Shown: positions 1-8,861 of the stretch, one piece after another
Position numbering within the stretch: the first letter of the stretch is position 1
How the letters are laid out: each line of letters begins with the position of its first letter
From: Chthoniobacterales bacterium
GTDB taxonomy: Bacteria > Verrucomicrobiota > Verrucomicrobiia > Chthoniobacterales > UBA10450
DNA length: 64,000 bases
Assembly: GCA_038203615.1 (NCBI GenBank)
Contig: JBBRDU010000001.1
Span: 14,708-78,707, forward strand
Direction of reading: 5' to 3'
Translations under genes and position numbers: made by a program
Notes under the pieces: model-generated
What the model saw: the letters and a program-made list of their open reading frames with translations, nothing else
What the model was told of the DNA's origin: nothing
Database searches by the model: none

Positions 1-1049
1 TAAGCCCGCGGCAGGTAGAGGCCGTCTGGATGATCGATGCGCAGGCCGGTCACGGCGCCCTCCCGCACCAGTTCGAGCAGGAGTTGATGGGTCGCGTCGA
101 AGACCTCGGGTAACTCCATGCGGATGGCGGCGAGATCGTTGATGTCGAAGAAGCGGCGATAATTAATTTCCTCGGCGGCCACCCGCCAGAAGGCGAGGCG
201 ATAGGACTGGGCGTTGAGCATCTGATCCAGCGTGTCGAAACTGCGGGGATCACCCGGCCTCCCGTTGATCTGGGCGAGCGCCTGCTCGACGGCTTCCCTC
301 ACCGGAGGGGCTTCTTCCATGCGCCTTTCCAAGCGGCGCTTGATAATTTCTTTTTCGCGGACCCGTTCCACGATTCGCTCCGGATCGGTCTCGGTCCGCT
401 TGGGAAGATATTCCAGAGCCGTCAGGATGCTCTGAAACTCCGCGTAAAATTCTTCCTCTTTGTGCGCGGCCAGTTTCTCGAGGGCAATTTCGAGAATGTA
501 TCGGTAGGTGCCCGGCGCGATGGGCAGTTGGCGTCCATAGTAGAAAAGAAAAAACGCGCCCGCCTCGAAATGGACCTTCAGTTCTCCGCGCTCCAGAACC
601 CGGCCATACTGGTCCCCCAGAATGGGAAGCAGAACCTTTTCTTGCAGATCGGCCTTCAGCGGATGCCAGTCGATGTCGAAGTAAGGGGCGTGCAACGAAC
701 TGGGCCCATTTTCCAGAACGTCCATCCACCATTGGTTGAGAGCCTCGCCGATACCCATGTGGTTCGGCACAAAATCGAGCACCTGTCCCATTTGATGGGC
801 GTGCAATTCAGCGATCCATCCTTCGTACTCGTCCCGCGAACCGATGGCGGCGTTTAGTTTGTTGTGATCCGTGATGTCGTAACCGTGCAGGCTTTCGGCG
901 CGAGCCTGGAAGCAGGGCGAAGCGTAGGCATCGCTGATCCCGAGCTCGTGCAGGTAAGGCGTGAGGGCGCGCGCGTCCGCGAAAGTAAACTCGCGATTAA
1001 ACTGCAACCGGTAGGTGCAGCTGGGGATACGCGGATGCTCCGTTTTCAC
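1..1049 (-). CDS. treY: malto-oligosyltrehalose synthase (GH13, TreY), N-terminal ~349 codons; 3' end lies outside the window
   Basis: Own reverse-strand translation from GTG at 1049: [64 protein letters not shown]. The frame stays open to position 1. The GTG start with no obvious SD is uncertain. Confidence 0.8.
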   Translation of the reverse strand, partial: MKTEHPRIPSCTYRLQFNREFTFADARALTPYLHELGISDAYASPCFQARAESLHGYDITDHNKLNAAIGSRDEYEGWIAELHAHQMGQVLDFVPNHMGIGEALNQWWMDVLENGPSSLHAPYFDIDWHPLKADLQEKVLLPILGDQYGRVLERGELKVHFEAGAFFLFYYGRQLPIAPGTYRYILEIALEKLAAHKEEEFYAEFQSILTALEYLPKRTETDPERIVERVREKEIIKRRLERRMEEAPPVREAVEQALAQINGRPGDPRSFDTLDQMLNAQSYRLAFWRVAAEEINYRRFFDINDLAAIRMELPEVFDATHQLLLELVREGAVTGLRIDHPDGLYLPRA

Positions 1050-1055
1050 AATCTG

Positions 1056-1112
1056 AAAATCTAGACAGGATTAACAGGATTACAGAAACAAATCCGGTTA
1101 ATCCTATCTAGA
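1056..1112 (-). terminator. rho-independent terminator candidate after argS
   Basis: 22-nt arms at 1060-1081 and 1091-1112 (TCTAGACAGGATTAACAGGATT / AATCCGGTTAATCCTATCTAGA, 2 mismatches). They are followed on the minus strand by TTTT (1056-1059). The structure begins 3 nt after the argS stop. Confidence 0.6.
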
Positions 1113-1114
1113 TA

Positions 1115-2821
1115 CTACATCTTTTCCGGCACTTTAATTCCGAGAAGGTCAAGGCCCTTGCGCAGGACGCGCGCGGTCAGGTCGGAAAGGGCGAGGCGAG
1201 AACTCCGCACCGGCTCGGCTGATTTCAAGACCGGGCAGGCCTCATAAAAAGCGTGGAAACTGTTGGCCAATTCGAACAAATAATTAGCCAAAAGATTGGG
1301 ACGAAAATCGTTCAGGACCTGGGGGACGACCTCGGCAAATTGCGCGACCCGCTTGGCCAGGTTGATCTCGGCCGGCTCGGTCAGCGTGAGCGTGTCGACC
1401 TTGGCGGGGGCCTCGCCTGCTTTCCGGAAGATGGATCGAATCCGGACGTAGGCGTTCTGCAGATAGGGCGCGGTGTTGCCCTGGAACGACAGCATCTTGT
1501 CCCACGCGAAAACATAGTCGGTCATGCGATACTGCGAGAGATCCGCATACTTGACCGCACCGATCCCGATCGTGCTGGCAATCTCGGCCTTCTCCTCGGG
1601 TGTCAGTTCCGGATTCTTTTGCTCGATCACCTGACGGGCGCGTTCGCAGGCTTCGTCCAGTAAATCGCGCAGCGGCACGTTCTCGCCGGAGCGCGTCTTC
1701 ATCAGTTTGCGATCTTCTCCCAGGATGCTGCCGTTCGTGATGTGGCGGAAATCGGCCGTGTAACCCTCACGGCGCGCGATTTCGAAGATCTGTTTGAAAT
1801 GCAGGATTTGAGGGGCCCCCGTCACGATCCAAACGGCGTCGGCTTTTAAATCCTGGATACGATAATCGACCGTGGCCACGTCCGTGGTCGCATAATTGTA
1901 ACCGCCATCGCTTTTGCGCACGATGCATGGCTTATCGGCCAGTTCGGGGATATCCCGGAAAAAGACACAGACCGCGCCTTCGCTGATCTCGGCGATTCCG
2001 GCCTTCAACAAGCGTGCGACCACGCCCGGGAGCCGATCATTATAGAAACTTTCCCCGCGTTGCATGTCGTAATGGATATCCAGCACTCCGTAGGCGCGCT
2101 CGAATTCCTGCAGCGACAGGTCAACGCTTTGCTTCCAGATGGCGAAATTTCCCGGCTCGTTAGCCTGCAGTTTAACCAGTTCCTGGCGGCAGGCGTCGCG
2201 CACGGCCGGATCGGCCGTGGCTCGCTCGTTGGCTTCCTTGTAGATCCGCACCAGCTCGGCGATCGGGTTCTGGGCGAGGGCTTCCTTGTTCAGGAAATTT
2301 TTCCAGCCGTAAATGACCATGCCAAACTGGGTGCCCCAATCGCCGATATGATTGTCGCGGATCACATCGTGCCCGAGGAACGCAGCGATGCGCGCGAGCG
2401 CGTCCCCCAGCACGGTGCTGCGGATATGGCCGACGTGCATGGGCTTGGCCACATTGGGTGATCCGAAATCAATGACAATGCGGCGCGGCGACCGGATGGC
2501 GGCGACGCCGAGGCGTTCGTCGCGCAGAAGCTGCGCGGCCTGCTGCGCAATGGCGGCGGGTTGCAGCTTGAAGTTGATGAATCCGGCTCCGGCGATGGTG
2601 GGGGGCTCGGCCCATTCCTTTACAACAAGGGCCGCCACGATTTTCGCGGCCAGCTCGCGCGGGTTTTCGCCGCGTTGTTTGGCCAGAATCAAGGCCGCGT
2701 TTGTCTGGTAGTCCCCGAAGCGTCCGTCCGTGGCGGGCGTGACTTCGCCCGCTTGCGGCAATTGCAGAGCGGCCAGCGCCTCCGTCAATCTCCGTCCGAG
2801 AAGGATTTGAAAAGTTTCCAT
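1115..2821 (-). CDS. argS: arginine--tRNA ligase
   Basis: ORF-track 1115..2830. It has a class I HIGH-type motif (AKPMHVGHIRST) and an ArgRS-like C-terminal anticodon-binding region. The first ATG (METFQILL) is at 2821; the track start at 2830 is TTG. The stop is TAG. Confidence 0.95.
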   Translation of the reverse strand: METFQILLGRRLTEALAALQLPQAGEVTPATDGRFGDYQTNAALILAKQRGENPRELAAKIVAALVVKEWAEPPTIAGAGFINFKLQPAAIAQQAAQLLRDERLGVAAIRSPRRIVIDFGSPNVAKPMHVGHIRSTVLGDALARIAAFLGHDVIRDNHIGDWGTQFGMVIYGWKNFLNKEALAQNPIAELVRIYKEANERATADPAVRDACRQELVKLQANEPGNFAIWKQSVDLSLQEFERAYGVLDIHYDMQRGESFYNDRLPGVVARLLKAGIAEISEGAVCVFFRDIPELADKPCIVRKSDGGYNYATTDVATVDYRIQDLKADAVWIVTGAPQILHFKQIFEIARREGYTADFRHITNGSILGEDRKLMKTRSGENVPLRDLLDEACERARQVIEQKNPELTPEEKAEIASTIGIGAVKYADLSQYRMTDYVFAWDKMLSFQGNTAPYLQNAYVRIRSIFRKAGEAPAKVDTLTLTEPAEINLAKRVAQFAEVVPQVLNDFRPNLLANYLFELANSFHAFYEACPVLKSAEPVRSSRLALSDLTARVLRKGLDLLGIKVPEKM

Positions 2822-2862
2822 GATGACCAAGACAGATTCACACAGATGAAGGAAAGGTGCGA

Positions 2863-2978
2863 GGTGGAACGCGCTCTCCGAGCGCGTTGTTAAAAATGTG
2901 AGCGCCGTCTGGCGCTCTAGAATCAGCGGCTTTCGCCGCTTTGGGTTTTAACATCGCCCTCGGAGAGGCCGATCCACC
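2863..2978. repeat. REP-like hairpin doublet, left flank of the RAYT gene
   Basis: 2863-2893 is GGTGGAACGCGCTCTCCGAGCGCGTTGTTAA (palindrome AACGCGCTC/GAGCGCGTT). An inverted related copy lies at 2953-2978 (reverse complement GGTGGATCGGCCTCTCCGAGGGCGAT) and abuts the RAYT stop codon. Extra small hairpins are at 2900-2917 and 2925-2940. Confidence 0.8.
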
Positions 2979-3452
2979 TCAAGTCGCCTTGTCGGGCGCC
3001 GGGTAAATCCATGGCCAGTCTTCTGGGTTGGTGCACAAACCAGCAGCCACTGGGTTTCGTCTAATGTAATCCATCTTGGCGGTCAATTGCTCGCCGCGTT
3101 CATCGTTCCTAAGCCGATGATCAAAGTAGCCTTCCTGCCAGGCGATATGATTATTGCGAGCGTGGAAACGCTTCCAATCGCCCAGAACATTGCTCATTGC
3201 CTTATCCGTCGCGAAAGAAACGAGCGCATGAAGATGATCGGGCATGAGCACAAAAATTCTGACCTACCAAAGAAGACTTTCTTCGTATACGCGAACTGAG
3301 TCTATGATGGCGGCCGCCAACTTCGGCGCTGTGAGCGCGAGAAGCTGCTTCGCGTGATCGATCGCAATGCGAATATGAAAAATCGCGCCGGACTCTACCC
3401 AGCTCGGCACTTTGTGATGCAAGCGCCTCGGGAACCCACGATAGACCTTCAC
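2979..3452 (-). pseudogene. REP-associated tyrosine (HUH/Y1, IS200-like) transposase with one in-frame TAG
   Basis: ORFs 3264..3452 and 2979..3251 are in the same frame and are separated only by TAG (3264-3266): ..VYEESLLW*VRIFVLMPDHLHALV.. The HUH motif (PDHLHAL) and catalytic Tyr (YIRRNPV) are present. Confidence 0.75.
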
Positions 3453-3468
3453 CGGGCAACAATAACAG

Positions 3469-3555
3469 GTGGAACGCGATCTCCGAGCGCGTTGTTAACC
3501 AGTTTGCGGCAACGCCGCATTTTCTAGCATCGAGCTACGGAGAGCTCGATCAACC
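3469..3555. repeat. REP-like hairpin doublet, right flank of the RAYT gene
   Basis: 3469-3498 is GGTGGAACGCGATCTCCGAGCGCGTTGTTAA, one mismatch to 2863-2893. The inverted partner is at 3529-3555 (reverse complement GGTTGATCGAGCTCTCCGTAGCTCGAT). A hairpin lies at 3505-3519. Orientation is the same as the left doublet. Confidence 0.8.
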
Positions 3556-3611
3556 TTGCGCTCCGGGGAACGGCCGCGTGTTCAATCCAAGAGCGCAGCG
3601 CTCGATCGGCC

Positions 3612-4076
3612 TCACGTCTTCTGCGGATCGCGGAAGATGGCCAGGATTTCCTCGCGAGACGTGGCGGTTCCGAGATGGTCGCGAACGGAACGGTCGTTCA
3701 AAAATTTTGCAATTGAGGCCAGGGTGCGGAGGTGCGTTTGAAACTGATTTTTCGGGACAATGAAAAGGACCACGAACTTAACGGGGGCGTTATCGAGCGC
3801 GTCGAACTCGATCCCTCCGGGAGAGCGCCCGAAAGAAGCCACCACTTCATTCAACCGGTCGGACGAACAATGCGGAATGGCGATGCCGAATCCAATCCCG
3901 GTGCTCATCGTTTCTTCCCGTTGCTTGAGGGACGCCAGAATACTTTCGCGATCAGCCGCTTGGATCTTGCCGAGGGTCGCCAGCAAGTCGATCAACTCGA
4001 CGATGGCCGGCCAGCGATCCGTGGCCTTCATCTCGGGAATAATTTGCTCAGCGGTTAATAGGTCGCCAAAAGACAT
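3612..4076 (-). CDS. ptsN: PTS IIA-like nitrogen regulatory protein (EIIA-Ntr)
   Basis: 154-aa ORF with PTS_EIIA_2-type sequence, including GIGFGIAIPHC (phospho-His context). Confidence 0.8.
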   Translation of the reverse strand: MSFGDLLTAEQIIPEMKATDRWPAIVELIDLLATLGKIQAADRESILASLKQREETMSTGIGFGIAIPHCSSDRLNEVVASFGRSPGGIEFDALDNAPVKFVVLFIVPKNQFQTHLRTLASIAKFLNDRSVRDHLGTATSREEILAIFRDPQKT

Positions 4077-4153
4077 GCGCAGGGTCCCGATTCAGGGAGC
4101 GAAGCTTAACGTTGCCCTCTCCGATGACAAGCGGATTTGGGCGAAACGGGGAG

Positions 4154-4888
4154 TTAATCGCGCCGGACCTTGTAGCTGAAATGGCGCGAGAGGAGCCAGC
4201 GCACGCCAAACATGTCGACGGTGGCCCGGATGGCGCGGTTGCCGAGCCCATATTTGCTTTGGCCGAACTGGCGGCGGCGATGGTTGACTGGTACTTCCAC
4301 CAGTCGATAGCCCGCGCCCTTAACGAGAGCCGGAACGAATCGATGCATCCCCTTGAATGGAACAATGGCCTTCACGCATTCGCGCCGCATGGCCTTGAGC
4401 CCGCAACCGGTATCGCGCACCCCGTCCCTCGTAAAGCGGCTGCGCACGAAGTTCGCCACGCGACTGGTGATTCGTTTCACGACCGTGTCTTTGCGGCTCG
4501 CCCGATAACCACAGACGAGATCCGCGCCGCGGGACAGTGCGGCCAGTAATTTCGGAATATCGGCCGGATCGTTCTGCAGGTCGCCGTCCATCAGGATGAT
4601 CGTCGCGCCCCGAGCCGCCTTTAAGCCGGCGTAGGTGGCGGCGCTTTGGCCCGCGTTTTTCTCGAAACGCAAGACGCGAATCTGCGGGCCGCGCTCGATT
4701 TTTTGAGCGGTTTGATCCCGGGAACCGTCATCCACAAAAACGACTTCATAGTTCATCCCGTGCAAGGCCCGGCTGATCTCGCTCTGCAGGGTGGCGACGT
4801 TCTCCTCTTCATTATAAACGGGAACGACGACCGAGATATCGGGACCACTCGCTGCTTCTCCCGCACCCGGCGATAAGGCACTCTCCAT
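4154..4888 (-). CDS. family 2 glycosyltransferase, polyprenyl-phosphate sugar synthase type (ArnC/DPM1-like)
   Basis: Motifs ISVVVPVYNEEENV and MDGDLQNDP. The ATG at 4888 (MESALSP..) overlaps the upstream gene stop (TGATG). The track start at 4933 is GTG. Confidence 0.85.
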   Translation of the reverse strand: MESALSPGAGEAASGPDISVVVPVYNEEENVATLQSEISRALHGMNYEVVFVDDGSRDQTAQKIERGPQIRVLRFEKNAGQSAATYAGLKAARGATIILMDGDLQNDPADIPKLLAALSRGADLVCGYRASRKDTVVKRITSRVANFVRSRFTRDGVRDTGCGLKAMRRECVKAIVPFKGMHRFVPALVKGAGYRLVEVPVNHRRRQFGQSKYGLGNRAIRATVDMFGVRWLLSRHFSYKVRRD

Positions 4889-6462
4889 CACAAAGGCAGG
4901 CTCCGGTAATGCTGGCACAGAAAGATGCGCCACGTTCGAATGTGCTGGCCGTAGCGGCGCACTTCCAGGGTCGCGATCGGATCGCCCGTTTGGAACGCAG
5001 CCCGCACATTGTGGACCAGGGTTCCGTTCGCGCCATCACGGATAAAGAGCGCGCTGCGTCCCGTGAAAAGATTGACTCCTCCCTCGCTGTAAGGTTGGTC
5101 TTCGTCCGGCTTGGCCTCGGGTTTTGCTGTCACAAATTCGTCATAACGCGGCCAGAGAGAAAATTGGTTCAATAAATCCTGAGACTCCACCAGGTAAACC
5201 GGCGGATGGTCCGGACCAGCCAGCCGCTTCTCGCGCAGGTAGAACGAGACCTCGGAGGCGCGGTCGCGATCGTCCGCGATGAGAAACAATTTCTCGCCCA
5301 GTTTCTCCTCCCATTGCTCGCGCAATTTTTCCACTTCTTGGGTGGCAGCCCGCCAGCCGCGCAGGCGATCGCTTGGATCACGCCGCGGCAGAACAAGGCC
5401 AAAGGTGTGGAGGAGATCGGAGTCGAGCGCCACCATGCTCATGAGCAACGCGAAAACCATGGCGGCGCAGGCCGCGCTCCGCAACCAGGCGCTTGTCTCG
5501 AGCTGATCGCGCCAGGCATGGGCGGCCAGTAATCCGAATCCAATAAAAGCGAGCGCATCCCAGTTGGGCGCAGCCACTTTATTGATCGAGATGAGCAGAT
5601 AAAAGACGAAAACGGGCAGGCCAAACCAAAAAAGAAAAAGCACTTTTAACTGCTGGTTGAGGCGGCGGATGCTCCGGAGCACTCCGATAAAAAGCGCCAG
5701 AAAAAGGAATGGAGAATAAAAGAGAAAATGCTCAGCGAAAAACTTCAAGGGCTCGAGCGGATGAATCCCCACATCCTCGGTCAGGCCGCCTTTGGTCTGC
5801 AGATGCGTGACCGTGACCCAGGCATGTTGCGCATTCCAGAGGATGGGCGGGAGCGTGCAAAGCAGGAAGAGTCCGAGAAGCGAGTAGAGCCCGGCCCGGG
5901 CGAATTCCTGGCGGAGCCGCGGGGCCAGCGCGAGCACGAGCAGAACCGAAACGAGTTCCAGCGCGTTGGTGTACTTGGAGAGGAAACCGAGCCCGATGAG
6001 CAAACCGGTGGCCGGCCAGTAGAGCGAGAAACGCGGGCTCCGCTCGATGGCCAGCCAGAACGCAAACATGGACGCGGTCCAGAAGAAAATGGACAACGGG
6101 TCGATCGTCATGAGAAACGCGCCGATATTGAAAATGGGAGCGACATTCAATCCGAGGATCAGCCAGAGCGCTGCGGTTTCACCGAATAAACGGCGCCCGA
6201 AATAGAAGAGCAGCATGCTGGTGGCGGCGGCCAGGAGCGGACTGGGAAAACGGACGCCGAATTCATTCGCGCCGAAGATGGCCGTGCTGGCGCGGATGGC
6301 GAAAGCGATGCCCGGTCCCTTCGTAAAGTAGGCCGGCGCGAGGCGATCCGACCACAACCAGTAATGCGCCTCGTCGAATTCCAAATCCTTCGTGGCCAAC
6401 ATGGCCAGCCGGATGATCGTGAGGGCGATGATGAAATACCAGGCGGCGCGTTTCGTCGTCAT
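4888..6462 (-). CDS. ArnT/PMT-like (GT39/GT83-type) membrane glycosyltransferase
   Basis: Polytopic membrane protein with an N-terminal DLEFDEAHYWLW motif typical of the PMT_2/ArnT family. The likely start MTTKRAAWYF at 6462 overlaps the PAP2 stop (ATGA). The longer track ORF (to 6702) runs inside the PAP2 gene. Confidence 0.85.
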   Translation of the reverse strand: MTTKRAAWYFIIALTIIRLAMLATKDLEFDEAHYWLWSDRLAPAYFTKGPGIAFAIRASTAIFGANEFGVRFPSPLLAAATSMLLFYFGRRLFGETAALWLILGLNVAPIFNIGAFLMTIDPLSIFFWTASMFAFWLAIERSPRFSLYWPATGLLIGLGFLSKYTNALELVSVLLVLALAPRLRQEFARAGLYSLLGLFLLCTLPPILWNAQHAWVTVTHLQTKGGLTEDVGIHPLEPLKFFAEHFLFYSPFLFLALFIGVLRSIRRLNQQLKVLFLFWFGLPVFVFYLLISINKVAAPNWDALAFIGFGLLAAHAWRDQLETSAWLRSAACAAMVFALLMSMVALDSDLLHTFGLVLPRRDPSDRLRGWRAATQEVEKLREQWEEKLGEKLFLIADDRDRASEVSFYLREKRLAGPDHPPVYLVESQDLLNQFSLWPRYDEFVTAKPEAKPDEDQPYSEGGVNLFTGRSALFIRDGANGTLVHNVRAAFQTGDPIATLEVRRYGQHIRTWRIFLCQHYRSLPL

Positions 6463-7112
6463 GGAGCTCCTCCCAATAGCCTCGGATGGCGGTCGTAGAG
6501 ATGGGGCAGCCATTTGGGCGCGGCCCTGCGCCAGAGGAATTCGAGCGCCGCGAGGATGAGCAACGTTTCGCCGGCGGCCAGGAACAAAGTGGCCAGCACA
6601 TCGCTCGGCCAGTGCGCGCCCAGATAAATGCGCGAGTAGCTGATGGCTGCGGTGATGATCCAGTAAAGCCAGCCCCGCCGCGGGTAAAACAAGGTCAGGC
6701 AAAGAGCGATGACGGTGTTGTTGGTCGTATGGCCGGAGGGAAAGGAAGGTCCGGAGCGGCTCAAGTTTCTGTCCGATTGATCAGAAAAACGAATCTTCGG
6801 CTGGTGAAAAATTTTTAGGAAGGCCGGCTGCACCCTGGCCAGCTCGACCATGCGCACGGTTTCGACCTGCTTGGGCCGGCGCCGGTCGAAGGCCGTTTTG
6901 AGAAGGCCGGTGACCTGCTCGGAGATGACGAAGGTGAGGAGCAAGCAAAGGAGGCAGGCCCGGGCTTTGAACCGGCCGAAGACCAGGGCCAGCAGCACGA
7001 TGAGGACGAGAAGCGGTTTCCAAATCTCCGAGTCGCTCATCACCGCCATGAACAAATCGAGCGCTGGATTCGTCCATCGTTGGTTGATCAGATGAAAAAT
7101 CGCCTCATCCAT
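6459..7112 (-). CDS. PAP2-family lipid phosphatase
   Basis: All three PAP2 motifs are visible: KTAFDRRRP, PSGHT, SRIYLGAHWPSDV. Confidence 0.85.
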   Translation of the reverse strand: MDEAIFHLINQRWTNPALDLFMAVMSDSEIWKPLLVLIVLLALVFGRFKARACLLCLLLTFVISEQVTGLLKTAFDRRRPKQVETVRMVELARVQPAFLKIFHQPKIRFSDQSDRNLSRSGPSFPSGHTTNNTVIALCLTLFYPRRGWLYWIITAAISYSRIYLGAHWPSDVLATLFLAAGETLLILAALEFLWRRAAPKWLPHLYDRHPRLLGGAP

Positions 7113-7185
7113 GTGCGACAGCTTGAAGATTCACGTGTTAGCTTTTGAAGTAAGAGAGCCTGCCGGACTGACTTAAAGCTTAATA

Positions 7186-7884
7186 TTGAAAACGGAAAGC
7201 TTCTTTGCCGTGCCCAAAATAACAGCCATCTCCTTCTTCTTGCTCCTTGGGTCGATTTACGCCGAACCGGCGCCCTCCGCGAAAGATATTCTCGAATCGG
7301 TCCGGCTGCGCCAGACCCAGCAACAGATCGATCTGCAGGGCCAATTACGCCAAAACAATATCGTCGTCCCTTTTCGCCTGGTCGAGAGCGGTCCCCTCGT
7401 GCGCTACATTTTTTCGAATCCGAGCGAAGCCTTGCAACTGCAAGTCGGCGAAAAAGACTCAAGGCTCGAGGAAGTCACTGGGTCCGCTGTGGAAAAGGTG
7501 ACCCCGGCGCAATTCGATCACAAGGTGCGCGGCACCGATGTGACCTACGAGGACCTGGCCCTGAAATTTCTCTACTGGCCCGACGCGGAAGTGATGGGGA
7601 CGGATCACATTCGCACGCGCAATTGCTGGAAATTGCAGCTGCGCGCGCCCGACCGCCACTCGCAATACGGACAGGTCCTGCTCTGGGTGGACAAGTCGGG
7701 TGGCGCCCTCATGCGCATGGAAGGATATGACACCGCCGGCCAACTACAGAAGCGATTTGAGGTCGTCTCCGCCCAGAAAATCGACAACCGCTGGTTCCTC
7801 AAACAAATGCGGATCGAGCAATTCCAGCCCGGCACGAAGCACGTGCAATCGAGAACCTATCTCGAGATCAAAAACAATCGGTAG
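7186..7884 (+). CDS. LolA-like outer-membrane lipoprotein-sorting family protein (secreted)
   Basis: TTG start with a signal-peptide-like N-terminus (ITAISFFLLLGSIYAEP). Overall resembles LolA_like/DUF4367-type proteins (..WVDKSGGALMRMEGYD..RWFLKQMRIE..). Confidence 0.6.
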   Translation: MKTESFFAVPKITAISFFLLLGSIYAEPAPSAKDILESVRLRQTQQQIDLQGQLRQNNIVVPFRLVESGPLVRYIFSNPSEALQLQVGEKDSRLEEVTGSAVEKVTPAQFDHKVRGTDVTYEDLALKFLYWPDAEVMGTDHIRTRNCWKLQLRAPDRHSQYGQVLLWVDKSGGALMRMEGYDTAGQLQKRFEVVSAQKIDNRWFLKQMRIEQFQPGTKHVQSRTYLEIKNNR

Positions 7885-8008
7885 CAGCGGTGGGGCGCAG
7901 GAATAAGCAAACGCTCAACGCTCAAGTCAGAAGTGGCGCCGGCGCGCAAACCGTGGCGAATCGTAAGAGATTCCTCCGCTCCGAATCGGAATGGCAGAGT
8001 CTTGAGTT

Positions 8009-8038
8009 GGTGGGGCGAGACTCTGTCGGGCCGACGAA
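8009..8038 (+). repeat. 30-nt interspersed repeat, copy 1
   Basis: GGTGGGGCGAGACTCTGTCGGGCCGACGAA. The same sequence with 1 mismatch occurs at 23782-23811, and in reverse orientation at 19815-19841. Confidence 0.85.
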
Positions 8039-8055
8039 ACGGGAAAGGGCCGCGA

Positions 8056-8826
8056 CTATTTCTCTTCTTCGCGCGCAGCGTTGACGATTTGCGCGAAACT
8101 GCGCGGGTCCAGGCTAGCCCCGCCCACGAGCGCGCCATCGATATCCGGCTGCGACATCAGTTCGCGCGCGTTGTCCGGTTTGACGCTGCCTCCGTATTGA
8201 ATGCGCATCCGTTCCGCCGTTGCCTCATCCGAAAGCTCGGCCAGGGTTTTGCGGATGAACGCATGCGCCTCCTGCGCTTCCGCGGGCGTGGCAACCTGCC
8301 CCGTGCCGATGGCCCAGACCGGTTCGTAGGCGATGATCATTTCGTGCAGTTCCTTGGCGCTGAACCCAGCCAGGCTGCCGCGCAATTGCGTGGAAAGAAC
8401 TTTCTCCACCTGGCCGCCTTCCCGCTGTTGCAGTGTTTCCCCCACGCAAACGATCGGTCGGAGAGTGGCTTCCTGCGCGGCATGCAGCTTGCGATTCACC
8501 ATCTCGTTGGTCTCGCCGAACAAACTTCTGCGCTCACTGTGCCCCAGCACGACGTAGCGGACAAATAAATCGCGCAGTAAGGCGGCGCTGATTTCGCCGG
8601 TGAAGGCGCCGCTCTTTTCCCAGTGCATATTTTGCGCGCCCACCTTGATGTTTTGTGTTTCGCCAAGCAATTCCGTCACTTTCGAAATGGCCGTGAAGGG
8701 CGGGACGATCACGATTTCGACGTCGGCGATATCGCCCACTTCGAGCAGTAAAACTTCGACGAAGCGGGCCGCCTCCGCCTGGGTCATGTTCATCTTCCAA
8801 TTCGCGGCTACGATTTTTTTGCGCAT
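8056..8826 (-). CDS. tpiA: triose-phosphate isomerase
   Basis: MRKKIVAANWKMN.., VLGHSERR, AYEPVWAIGTG, YGGSV. Confidence 0.95.
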   Translation of the reverse strand: MRKKIVAANWKMNMTQAEAARFVEVLLLEVGDIADVEIVIVPPFTAISKVTELLGETQNIKVGAQNMHWEKSGAFTGEISAALLRDLFVRYVVLGHSERRSLFGETNEMVNRKLHAAQEATLRPIVCVGETLQQREGGQVEKVLSTQLRGSLAGFSAKELHEMIIAYEPVWAIGTGQVATPAEAQEAHAFIRKTLAELSDEATAERMRIQYGGSVKPDNARELMSQPDIDGALVGGASLDPRSFAQIVNAAREEEK

Positions 8827-8861
8827 AAGATTGGTGCCCGAGGCGATTCGGAACAGCCGCC

